Shown here: in pieces, positions 37,369 to 47,131 of the stretch
How positions within the stretch are numbered: the stretch's first letter is position 1
Layout: each line of letters begins with the position of its first letter
From: Coriobacteriaceae bacterium
GTDB lineage: Bacteria; Actinomycetota; Coriobacteriia; Coriobacteriales; Coriobacteriaceae
Assembly (NCBI GenBank): GCA_025992855.1
Contig: DAJPGB010000001.1
Coordinates: 1,832,421 to 1,896,420, forward strand
DNA length: 64,000 bases
Direction of reading: 5' to 3'
Made by a program: the position numbers and the translations under genes
The notes under the pieces: model-generated
Databases searched by the model: none
What the model was told of the DNA's origin: nothing
What the model saw: the letters and a program-made list of their open reading frames with translations, nothing else

Positions 37369-39228
37369 CTACTCCTCGCCCTCGAGCTTTTCGCTCGCCT
37401 CGAGCCACGCCATCTCCAGCTCGTCCATGGCGGCGTGGGCCTCGTCGATCTTTGCCTGCTGCACGCCCAGCGCCGTGTAGTTGGTGGGATCGACCTGGGC
37501 CATGGCGGCCTCGGCCTCCTCCACGCGAGCGCGCTGCGTCTCCATCTTGCGCTCGAGCGAGCTCACCTCGCGGCGGAGCTTCTGGCGTTCGGCGTTGGAA
37601 AGGCCATTGGGCTGCCCGCTCGTCTTAGGCTTTTCGGCCGCAACCGCTGCGGCACCGGTGTCGAACGTGCCGGTCTTGGCACTCGGCGAGCCCACGGGCT
37701 CGCCCTCGGCGGTGGCGTTGCACAGGCGCAGGTACTGATCGACGCCGCCGGGCATATGCGTCAGGTGGCCGTCAAGCAGTGCCCACTGTTGGTCGGTCAC
37801 GCGCTCCATGAGGAAACGGTCGTGCGTCACCAGGATCAGCGTGCCGGGCCAGCCGTCGAGCAGATCCTCGACAATCGCGAGCATATCGGTATCCAGGTCG
37901 TTACCGGGCTCGTCCAGGATGAGCACGTTGGGCTCGTCCAGGATCGTCAGCAACAGCGACAGGCGACGGCGCTGGCCGCCCGAAAGATCGCCGATGCGAC
38001 TCCAGAGCTGCTGGGTCGTAAAGCCCAGGCGCTCGCAGAGCTTCTCGGGAGAGGTCTCCTTGCCGTCGATGACGTAATACTTCTTATAGTTGCCGAGCAC
38101 CTCGCGGATCGTGTCGCCCATGTAGGGCTCGAGCTCCTCGAGCTGCTGCGACAGCACGCCAAAGCGCACCGTCTGGCCGATCTTCACGCGGCCGCGCAGG
38201 GGCGCGATCTTGCCCTGGATCACGTCGAGCAGCGTCGACTTGCCGGCGCCGTTCTCGCCCAAAAGACCATAGCGGTCGCCCGCGCCGATAAGCCAGGTCA
38301 CGTCGGAGAGCACCTGCTTGGGCGCGCCGTCGGAATCCGCATAGCCGGCATCAACGTCGATCACGTCGATGACCTGCTTGCCTAGGCGGCTCACGGCGAG
38401 GCGCTTGAGCTCCAGCTCGTCACGCACGGGCGGTACGTCGGCGATCAGCTCGCGAGCAGCCTCAACGCGAAACTTGGGCTTGGTGGAACGCGCCTGGGCG
38501 CCGCGGCTTAGCCACGCGAGCTCCTTGCGCGCCATGTTGCGACGGCGCTCCTCGGTAACGGCGGCCATGCGGTCGCGCTCCACGCGCTGCAGGATATATG
38601 CCGAGTAGCCGCCCTCGAAGGGATCTACCTGGCCGTCGTGGACCTCCCACATGCTGGTGCAGACCTCGTCCAAGAACCAGCGGTCGTGCGTGACCACGAG
38701 CATGGCGCCCTGGCCGCGCTGCCAGCGGGCCTTTAAGTGACGCGCAAGCCAGTTGATGGTGCGCATGTCCAGGTGGTTGGTGGGCTCGTCGAGCATGAGC
38801 ACATCGTAGTCGCCAATCAGCAGGCGCGCGAGGTCCACGCGACGGCGCTGACCGCCCGAGAGCTCGCCCACCATGCCCTCCCAGGGCACATCGCTAATAA
38901 GACCGGCCAGAATCTGGCGCGTACGCGGGCTCGACGCCCACTCGTACTCAGGCGTGTCGCCCACAACGGCATGATGCACGGTATCGGTGTCGACAAGCTG
39001 GTCCTTTTGGCCGAGCAATCCGATCGTCGTGCCGCGGCGGTGCGTCACGCGGCCGTCGTCGGGTTCCAGCGTGCCGGCGAGTACACTCAGCAGCGTCGAC
39101 TTGCCGTCGCCGTTTTTACCGACGATACCAATGCGGTCGCCCTCGCCCACGCCGAGCGTCACGCTATCGAAAATATGCTTGGTGGGAAACTCTAGGCTGA
39201 TGGAATCGCATCCCAAAAGAATCGCCAT
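37369..39228 (-). CDS. ABC-F family ATPase (Uup/EttA-like translation factor type)
   Basis: Two ABC cassettes (GKNGDGKST, GENGAGKST; LSGGQRRR x2) and a C-terminal coiled coil. No TM domain. Start at MAILLGCD (39228). Confidence 0.85.
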   Translation of the reverse strand: MAILLGCDSISLEFPTKHIFDSVTLGVGEGDRIGIVGKNGDGKSTLLSVLAGTLEPDDGRVTHRRGTTIGLLGQKDQLVDTDTVHHAVVGDTPEYEWASSPRTRQILAGLISDVPWEGMVGELSGGQRRRVDLARLLIGDYDVLMLDEPTNHLDMRTINWLARHLKARWQRGQGAMLVVTHDRWFLDEVCTSMWEVHDGQVDPFEGGYSAYILQRVERDRMAAVTEERRRNMARKELAWLSRGAQARSTKPKFRVEAARELIADVPPVRDELELKRLAVSRLGKQVIDVIDVDAGYADSDGAPKQVLSDVTWLIGAGDRYGLLGENGAGKSTLLDVIQGKIAPLRGRVKIGQTVRFGVLSQQLEELEPYMGDTIREVLGNYKKYYVIDGKETSPEKLCERLGFTTQQLWSRIGDLSGGQRRRLSLLLTILDEPNVLILDEPGNDLDTDMLAIVEDLLDGWPGTLILVTHDRFLMERVTDQQWALLDGHLTHMPGGVDQYLRLCNATAEGEPVGSPSAKTGTFDTGAAAVAAEKPKTSGQPNGLSNAERQKLRREVSSLERKMETQRARVEEAEAAMAQVDPTNYTALGVQQAKIDEAHAAMDELEMAWLEASEKLEGEE

Positions 39229-39391
39229 ATGCCCTGCTCCTTCGTAGAAATTCAACGTTGTCCATGATAGCAGCGAAAAGGCGGGCCGCACACGACACAA
39301 AAAGGCGGGCCATCTCCCAAAAGAGATGACCCGCCTCTCCAATCAGTCCCGTGGCAACCGTGGCCGCCGCGGGCCTCAAGCATGTCCCGGA

Positions 39392-40260
<869 letters not shown>

Positions 40261-40264
<4 letters not shown>

Positions 40265-41211
40265 TCGGCCGTCATCTTCCTTGCCAGTTGCTTGCCCACA
40301 ATGCGGGCGATTACGTTAAACAGCAGCACGCAAATCATCAGCAGTGCAGCGGTGCCCCAGACGATCTGCTGGGCCTCGGGGCTGCCCTCGCCATAGATCT
40401 TGTAGATATGCACGGCAAGCGACTCGCCGGGGCGGAACACGTTCCAGGCGCAGGTAGGGCTCGACAGGTTAAAGCTCAAGAAGTTCAGGCGAACCGGCGA
40501 GCTCATGCCCGAGGTAAAGAGCAGCGCCGCGGCCTCGCCAAAGACGCGGCCGGCCGAAAGCACGATGCCGGTCACGATAGCGGGCATGGCCTCGGGGATC
40601 AGGATGTGCAGCGTGGCCTCCCAGCGGGTGAGGCCCATAGCCAGACACGCATCGCGCTGGGCCTGTGGCACGTCCTCGAGCGCCTGTTGGATCACGCGCA
40701 CCAGGATGGGGATGTTGAACATGGTGAGCGCGACAGCGCCGGAGATGATGGAGTACTTCCAGCCCAGCTGCACCGAGAACACCAGAAAACCGAACATGCC
40801 GACGACGATGGAAGGCAGCGAGGACAACGTCTCGATGGCGGTGGAGGCGATGTCGCGGATGGGTCCGTCCGGCGCGTACTCAACCAAAAAGACCGCTCCG
40901 CCCAGGCTGATGGGCACCGAGATGATCAGGGTGATCAGCAGCAGGTAGAACGAGTCGAACAGCTGGTAGAGCACGCCGCCCTGCGTTCCGTTGGCGCGCG
41001 ACGGCTCCGTGAGAAAGCCCGGCTGGAACAGCGTCGAGATGCCCTCGAACAGGATATAGGCCACCATGGAGACGACGATGAGCATGACGATGGCGACGAT
41101 CGCCGTCAACACGCCCGTGGCGATGCGGTCCTGCTTTTGGACACGCCCGAGTCTCGCCTCGTCGATGTGGATGCGCGTGCTAGCCACGAGCCTTCGCCCC
41201 CTTGCGGCCAA
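40261..41211 (-). CDS. pstA: phosphate ABC transporter permease PstA
   Basis: Polytopic with an EAA-type loop. Position is consistent with operon order. The start may lie downstream, because the ORF overlaps pstC by 32 nt. Confidence 0.8.
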
Positions 41212-42088
41212 TGAGATGGATAATCAGGATGAAGATGAGGCTCATGCCCATCAGCAGCAGACCGAGTGCCCACAGAACGTCGTCCTGGGCCGTGCCCTCG
41301 GCATAGACCGCCATGGACGTGGTGAGCGTGGTCGTGATGGTCGAAGCCGGCGACAACAGCGACGTCGGCATGGCCTCGATACCGCCGATGACCATGCGCA
41401 CGGCGAGCGTCTCGCCAAAGGCGCGCGTCATGCCCAGGATGACCGCGGTCATGAGCGACGGCATGGCGGACTTGAGCACCACGTGCCAGATGGTCTGCCA
41501 GCGGGTGTAGCCCAGCGCGAGCGAACCCTGACGGTAGCTGTCGGGCACGGCGCGCAGGCCATCAACCGAAAGCGTGGTCATAGTCGGCAGGATCATGACG
41601 GCCAGCACGATGGCGCCGGGAAGGATGCCCAGGCCCGTGCTCACGTGGAAAACGCTCTTCATGAGGCCGACGACTACGTGAAAGCCGATCAGGCCAAAGA
41701 CGACCGAGGGAATGCCGGTCAAAAGCTCAATAAGCGGCTGAAAGACCTTGGAGCCAAACTTAGGCTGGATCTCGATCGCAAAGATGGCAGAGCCGATGGC
41801 AATGGGCAGCGCGATGAGCGTGGAGAGCACCATGACCGCAAACGAGGTGACGATCAGGGGCAGGGCGCCGGTATAGGGCAGACCGTTTTCGGCCGTGTTG
41901 GCCAGGTCCCACTTGGTACCGGTGAAAAACTCGACGACCGAGACGCCGTCCTTTACGAAAGCCGAGAGGCCCTTTTGGGCGACCATGAAGATGAGCGCGG
42001 CAACAACAAGCGTCACGAGCGCTACGCACGCGCCCGTGACGCCCAGGCCCACGTTCTCAAGGTCGCGCTTTGGCAGCTGTTTTGCCAT
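41180..42088 (-). CDS. pstC: phosphate ABC transporter permease PstC
   Basis: Polytopic permease between pstS and pstA. Confidence 0.8.
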   Translation of the reverse strand: MAKQLPKRDLENVGLGVTGACVALVTLVVAALIFMVAQKGLSAFVKDGVSVVEFFTGTKWDLANTAENGLPYTGALPLIVTSFAVMVLSTLIALPIAIGSAIFAIEIQPKFGSKVFQPLIELLTGIPSVVFGLIGFHVVVGLMKSVFHVSTGLGILPGAIVLAVMILPTMTTLSVDGLRAVPDSYRQGSLALGYTRWQTIWHVVLKSAMPSLMTAVILGMTRAFGETLAVRMVIGGIEAMPTSLLSPASTITTTLTTSMAVYAEGTAQDDVLWALGLLLMGMSLIFILIIHLIGRKGAKARG

Positions 42089-42113
42089 TGCAAACCTTTC
42101 CGGGGGCGATTAC

Positions 42114-43055
42114 TTATTTAGCGGAAACCTTGCCGCTGGCGTCCTTGACGACCTTCATGGCAGAGACGGGGATGAAGCCCTGCTCTTCGACGAGCTTGCC
42201 CTGGACGTCGTCGGAAAGCATAAAGTCCAGGAAGGCCTTGGTGGCCTCGTCGGCATCCTTGGAGCAGTACATGTGCTCGGTCGCCCAAATCTTGAAGGAG
42301 TCGTCGGTGACGTTCTTGCTCTTGGGCTCGACGCCCTCGACCTTGACGGCGTTGAACTTGGAGTCATCGAAGTGCGAGAAGTCGAGGTAGGAGATGGCAT
42401 TGTCAGTGCTGGCGATCTGAGTCTGGACGTCGCCGGACTTGTCGAGCTCGGCGTCGCCCTTAAAGTCGACGGCCTCGTCGCCAAAGACGACGGCCTCGAA
42501 GGTGGCGCGGGTGCCGGAGCCGGCCTTGCGGTTGAGGACGACGATGGTGGCGTCGTCGCCGCCGACCTCCTTCCAGTTGGTGATCTGGCCGGAGAAGATG
42601 CCCTTGAGCTGCTCGAGGGACAGGTCGTCGACCTTGACGTTCTTGGAGACGACGGGGCCCATGCCCACGACGGCGACCTCGTGGTCAACGAGGTTCTTGA
42701 CCTGGTCGGCCTCGAGCTTGGTCTCGGCAAAGACGTCGGAGTTACCGATGGTGACGGTGCCGGCGGCGACGGCGGTCAGGCCCTTGCCCGAACCGTTACC
42801 CGAACCGGAAACGGAGACGTCCGGGTTGGCATCCATGAACTTCTCGGCAGCAGCCTCGACGAGAGCCTGGAACGAAGAGGCGCCGTCGTAGGTCACCTCG
42901 CCGGAGACGGACTCGGCAGCAGCGGCGGCGCTACCCTTGTCGGCGGCATCGGAAGCGTTGGAACCACCGCAGCCAACGAGACCGAGACCGACGATGCTGG
43001 CAAGACCACCAGCGAGGCCGAGGAACTGACGACGAGAATAAGCCTGATCGAGCAT
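42114..43055 (-). CDS. pstS: phosphate-binding lipoprotein PstS
   Basis: Start MLDQAYSRRQFL behind gaaaggaag. Tat-like RRQF and a lipobox LVGC. PBP-fold body. Confidence 0.85.
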   Translation of the reverse strand: MLDQAYSRRQFLGLAGGLASIVGLGLVGCGGSNASDAADKGSAAAAAESVSGEVTYDGASSFQALVEAAAEKFMDANPDVSVSGSGNGSGKGLTAVAAGTVTIGNSDVFAETKLEADQVKNLVDHEVAVVGMGPVVSKNVKVDDLSLEQLKGIFSGQITNWKEVGGDDATIVVLNRKAGSGTRATFEAVVFGDEAVDFKGDAELDKSGDVQTQIASTDNAISYLDFSHFDDSKFNAVKVEGVEPKSKNVTDDSFKIWATEHMYCSKDADEATKAFLDFMLSDDVQGKLVEEQGFIPVSAMKVVKDASGKVSAK

Positions 43056-43257
43056 GATCTTCCTTTCATACATGCGACTCGCGGGCACCCTGCCCGCTTT
43101 GCTGTTTGGAAAGATACGACCTCGATCAGGCGACAGCCGCGCCAGCTGCGGTTTCTTACGGGCATCTGATAGACCCTTACCGCAAGCGCTGCCCAGCCTT
43201 TACAAACGAATAACAATCCCGGCATTTAGCGTGGCGCGCCTTTTACACCGATAAAAA

Positions 43258-43326
43258 AAGTTGCGGTGAAATAGTTCCTGTTTGGCTGTCAGGCAGCCGA
43301 TTCTAGGAACTATTCCACCGCAACTT
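43258..43326. repeat. Family B hairpin, diverged copy B1
   Basis: aaagttgcggtgaaatagttcctg ... caggaactattccaccgcaactt. Lies 22 nt beyond the pepV-like stop. Confidence 0.7.
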
Positions 43327-43348
43327 AGATTGGCAAAACGCCGTAACC

Positions 43349-44785
43349 CTAAAGCTCCAACTCGTTGAGCTTTAAGATTGCCACGATATAGATCTTGAGC
43401 GCCTGCTTGAGCTGGACTTCGTTGGCACACTCGTTGGGGCCGTGCATCTGGCCGCCCCACGCGGGCAGCTCAAGGCCGGTCTCCTCGGGGCCAAACGACA
43501 CGGCGCGGGCAAAGTTGCGCGCGTACGTGCCGCCGCCCATGGCGAAGGGCTCGGCATGCTTGTCCGTAAACTCGTTATAGGTATCGATGAGCGCCTTCAC
43601 GGCCGGATCGTCGGCCGAAACCGAGAACGGCACCTTGGCGCGACCCACGCGATACGTCACGCCAAAGCGGCCCACGAGCGGCTCGAGCTGCTCGCACATG
43701 GTATCGGCACTCGTGCTATCGGGAAAACGCACGTCGATGACCTGCTCAATGTGGCCATCTGCCACGCGGATGACGCCGGGGTTGCACGTGAGCGGGCCAA
43801 ACGCCGCACTCGTCGCATCAATCCCCAGGCCGCGGCCATAGGCATCCGCGTGCACAAAGGCCAGGAACTTGACGAACTCGTGCTCGGCAGGCGTCAGTAG
43901 GCGCTCGCCGCGGGCGCCAAACGCGTCCTCGGCCTCGCGCAGATACGTCACGATCAGGCCGACGGCATTGATCGTGCCCTCGGGCATCGAGGCATGGCCA
44001 CCGATGCCGTGAGCGAAAATCTGCGCATGACCGTTGTCGAGCGCCGTAATCTCCAGAAGGTCGGCGTTCTCGACCGGCGCCGGCAGCTCGTCGACGGCAA
44101 TCGCAAGCTCGCAGATAGACTGCGACGGGATAGCATTGGTCGCCTCGGCACCGCTCCACGACACGATGCGCCCGCCGTCGATCCTGGGGCTCACGAACGT
44201 TGCCTCAAACTGGCCCTTCTCGGCATTGCAAACCGGGAACTCGGCATCGGGCGTAAACAAAAAGTCGGGATCTGCGTAGTTCTCCAGATAATGGTGAACG
44301 TCGGACATGCCCACTTCCTCATCGCAGCCCAGCAGCGCGCGGAAGGTATAGCGCGGGGTGATGCCGTGCTTGAGCAGGTAGGCGCCGGCGTAGAGCGACA
44401 GCACGGCCGGGCCCTTGTCGTCGATCACGCCGCGGCCGAGCAGCCAGCCGTCGCGACGCTCCATCACAAACGGATCGGTATTCCAACCGGGGCCGGCGGG
44501 AACCACGTCCACGTGGCAGATGGTCGCGAGCTGCTTGTCACCGCGGCCCGGGATATCGGCGATGCCCACATAACCCTGATCGTCGCTCGTCTGGTAGCCG
44601 AGCTTTTGCGCGATGCCGAGCGCGCAGTCGAGCGCGTCACGGACCGGGCGGCCAAACGGCGCGCCGGGCTCCGCATCGGCGGCAACGGCGACAGACGGAT
44701 AACTCACCAGCTGCTCGATATCGGCGACGACATCCTCCCAGACCTCGTCGACATACTCGGCGACGCTCTGCTCCACCTGATTCAT
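43349..44785 (-). CDS. M20 family dipeptidase (PepV/Sapep-like)
   Basis: 478 aa with HVDVVP and GRGVIDDKGP motifs. Confidence 0.8.
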   Translation of the reverse strand: MNQVEQSVAEYVDEVWEDVVADIEQLVSYPSVAVAADAEPGAPFGRPVRDALDCALGIAQKLGYQTSDDQGYVGIADIPGRGDKQLATICHVDVVPAGPGWNTDPFVMERRDGWLLGRGVIDDKGPAVLSLYAGAYLLKHGITPRYTFRALLGCDEEVGMSDVHHYLENYADPDFLFTPDAEFPVCNAEKGQFEATFVSPRIDGGRIVSWSGAEATNAIPSQSICELAIAVDELPAPVENADLLEITALDNGHAQIFAHGIGGHASMPEGTINAVGLIVTYLREAEDAFGARGERLLTPAEHEFVKFLAFVHADAYGRGLGIDATSAAFGPLTCNPGVIRVADGHIEQVIDVRFPDSTSADTMCEQLEPLVGRFGVTYRVGRAKVPFSVSADDPAVKALIDTYNEFTDKHAEPFAMGGGTYARNFARAVSFGPEETGLELPAWGGQMHGPNECANEVQLKQALKIYIVAILKLNELEL

Positions 44786-44839
44786 GGACTACCTCCCAAC
44801 CAATGAGGGGCGAGCGCGCCCGCCCCTCACATCAAACAC

Positions 44840-45508
44840 TTATATTGCGAAAAGTTTAGCAAGCTCGGCCACCGAGTGCACCACCGCATCGGCGCCCGCG
44901 GCCTCGTGCTCCCCCGGCGCCGCCGCACCCGAATAGATGCCGATGCACGGCACGCCCATCGCGTGCGCGCCCTCCACATCGTTAAAGCGATCGCCGATCA
45001 TCACGGCCTCGTCCGCAGTCGCGCCCAGGGCAGCCAGCGCGTCGCGGACCGAATCCGCCTTGGTCTCGCGGCCCTGCGGCGGATTCATGCCAGCCACGGC
45101 TTCGAACTGGCAAAGTCCCAGCTCGCGCACCATATCGATGCACTTCGCCTCCATACGCGACGTCGCGACCGCCATGCGATGCCCCTGCGCCGCGAGCCCA
45201 TCGAGCAGCTCGGGGATTCCGTCGAACACGGGATACTCCTCTGGCCCCAGCTCGTCAAAAAAGGCGCGGTACTCGTCGGCCACCACGAGCGATTCCTCAC
45301 GCGTAAAGCCGTAAAAGTCGTGGAAGCTCTTCCACAGAGGAGGCCCGATCATGCGGCGCAGGTCGCCCATCCGCGCTTCCGAAAACCCGCGCGCAGCCAG
45401 CGTCTTGCGTGTCGAGGTCATCACCGCCCGTCCCGTGTCGGCCACCGTGCCGTCAAAATCGAACAGCACGATCGGCCGCTCACATAGATGTAATGCCGCC
45501 ATGGGCAT
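44840..45508 (-). CDS. HAD-IA hydrolase (phosphoglycolate phosphatase-like)
   Basis: VLFDFDGTVADT motif I and GDRFNDVEGA motif III. Start taken at MPMAAL. Confidence 0.75.
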   Translation of the reverse strand: MPMAALHLCERPIVLFDFDGTVADTGRAVMTSTRKTLAARGFSEARMGDLRRMIGPPLWKSFHDFYGFTREESLVVADEYRAFFDELGPEEYPVFDGIPELLDGLAAQGHRMAVATSRMEAKCIDMVRELGLCQFEAVAGMNPPQGRETKADSVRDALAALGATADEAVMIGDRFNDVEGAHAMGVPCIGIYSGAAAPGEHEAAGADAVVHSVAELAKLFAI

Positions 45509-45658
45509 CCCTCTTCCCCAGTTGACGATTTCCACACCGACGCTTCAAACCGTTGACTATTCAACAATTAAAGCTGGCAATGTGGAACAACTCCACTATA
45601 CTTGACGCACTTTGCTCTCAATCGGCGGCGCGCAGGCGCCCCATCGAAAGGTGCAATT

Positions 45659-46519
45659 ATGTCTTTTGCCATCATAACCGACTCCACATCGGACATCTCC
45701 CCCACCCGCGCCCAAGAGCTCGGCATCTACGTGATTCCGCTGCATGTGATTATCGAAGGCGAGGACCTGCTCGACCAGGTGCAGATCACCGCCGAGGAGT
45801 ATGTCGCCCGCATGGCCGGCTCCGAGCAGCTGCCGCACACCTCGCAGCCGAGCGCCGGCGAGTTCAAGGAGCTCTTCGATCGTGTGCGCGCCGACGGCCA
45901 CGACAGCGCCATCTTTATCTCACTATGCAGTGAGTGGTCGGCCTGCTACGCCAACGCGTGCCAGGTGGCCGATACCCACGAGCTCGACGTACGCTGCATC
46001 GATTCGCGCACCGGCTCGGGCGCCGAGGGCCTGCTAGTGGAGTACGCGCTCGCCATGCGCGAGGACGGTCGCAGCCTAGACGAGACCGAGGCGCAGATCC
46101 GCGCGACGCTGCCCGACGCCCATCTGCTGCTGATTCCGCGCACGCTCGAGAACCTCGTTAAGAACGGCCGCGCCCCCAAACTCGCCGGCCAGCTCACGCA
46201 GATGCTCAACATTCGCCTGGCCGTTTCGCCAGAGTGGCAGTCGGGCGAGATCAAAGCCATCAAGAAGGGCCGCGGCGCCAAGCGCATCGTCGCCAACACC
46301 ATGGCCGATTGCCTCGCGTTTTTGGCCGATCACCCAGGTTCGAGCGTGCGCGTACTCACGACCGGCGCCGCCGAGGAGCAAGAGCTCGTCAATCAGGCGC
46401 TCGCGGGCCAGGACTACGTCGACGCTGGCACCGGCCCCATCGGCTGCACCATCGCCACCCACGTAGGCGTCGACGCCATCGCCATCAGCTACTGCCCCCG
46501 CTACCAACCCACCCACTAG
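45659..46519 (+). CDS. DegV family fatty-acid-binding protein
   Basis: Start MSFAIITDSTSD at ATG 45659. Second DegV paralogue in the window. Confidence 0.8.
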   Translation: MSFAIITDSTSDISPTRAQELGIYVIPLHVIIEGEDLLDQVQITAEEYVARMAGSEQLPHTSQPSAGEFKELFDRVRADGHDSAIFISLCSEWSACYANACQVADTHELDVRCIDSRTGSGAEGLLVEYALAMREDGRSLDETEAQIRATLPDAHLLLIPRTLENLVKNGRAPKLAGQLTQMLNIRLAVSPEWQSGEIKAIKKGRGAKRIVANTMADCLAFLADHPGSSVRVLTTGAAEEQELVNQALAGQDYVDAGTGPIGCTIATHVGVDAIAISYCPRYQPTH

Positions 46520-46528
46520 GAGCACCTT

Positions 46529-46600
46529 CATCACTTGCGGTGAAATAGGGACTGTTTTTAGCTTATCAGCCGCAAATCAATCCCTATTCCACCGCAACTT
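46529..46600 (+). repeat. Family B 72-nt hairpin, copy B2 (left boundary of the island)
   Basis: catcacttgcggtgaaatagggactgtttttagcttatcagccgcaaatcaatccctattccaccgcaactt. 68/72 identical to 50097-50168 in direct orientation. Confidence 0.85.
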
Positions 46601-46688
46601 TATTGCCGCGCGTCACCCACAAACAAGATATTGCTGGCGATCGGCGCGTTCCCAGCTGTTTGGGGAGCTTTGATTGGCCCCGACGATA

Positions 46689-46916
46689 CCCAGTGGGCAA
46701 AAAATGGCGAATATGAGTACTGTCACAATTTTAGTAACAGCAAAATTTCGCTGAAATTGCCCACTTCCACCGATTTTCAAGCTCCATAAAGCACCGAATC
46801 GTCGTGTTTAGGGGGTTGATATATGCAATCGCAGCCAATTGGTCTTAAATACTTTCCAAATGATATGATTCTATCCTAGCAACAGTACTCATATTTGCCA
46901 TTTTTTGACCACGGGG
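46689..46916. repeat. MITE-like cassette E4: 35-nt inverted repeats (about 31/35) around a ~158-bp AT-richer core
   Basis: Left arm: cccagtgggcaaaaaatggcgaatatgagtactgt. Right arm: acagtactcatatttgccattttttgaccacgggg. Confidence 0.7.
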
Positions 46917-47077
46917 TCTCCTGGTGGCTTGACCCCCACGCCTCCAGCCCATCTCATGACCGCTAAAGCCATTTAAGACCAGCAGCCACACGTTCCGGCG
47001 CGGGCCAGGCACCGTTCACGGAGCGACAACCCACCGTTGCCGAACCAAAATCGATGTCGAGTATCCCAAAAAAACGA

Positions 47078-47128
47078 AATGCCGTACTCTCATCTCAATA
47101 AACTCCTTTAAGACGAGAGTACGGCATT
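47078..47128 (+). promoter_or_regulatory. 14-bp perfect hairpin ending 3 nt before the ATG of the 994-aa gene
   Basis: aatgccgtactctc-(23 nt loop)-gagagtacggcatt, then cga ATG. No canonical SD lies outside the stem. Confidence 0.5.
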
Positions 47129-47131
47129 CGA

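Noticed and set aside
43056-43257. Pho-box repeats upstream of pstS.
   Set aside because: I found only two loosely similar TGTAAA(A)GG words about 43 nt apart. There is no 11-nt phased direct-repeat pattern that I could defend.
47016-47093. A 25-codon minus-strand ORF (MRVRHFVFLGYSTSILVRQRWVVAP) with an upstream AAAGGAG inside the island leader. It could be a small hydrophobic toxin.
   Set aside because: It is very short, the SD spacing (9 nt) is long, and its start lies within the hairpin that precedes the 994-aa gene. Nothing is available to assess conservation. Worth a look only if ribosome profiling or conservation supports it.
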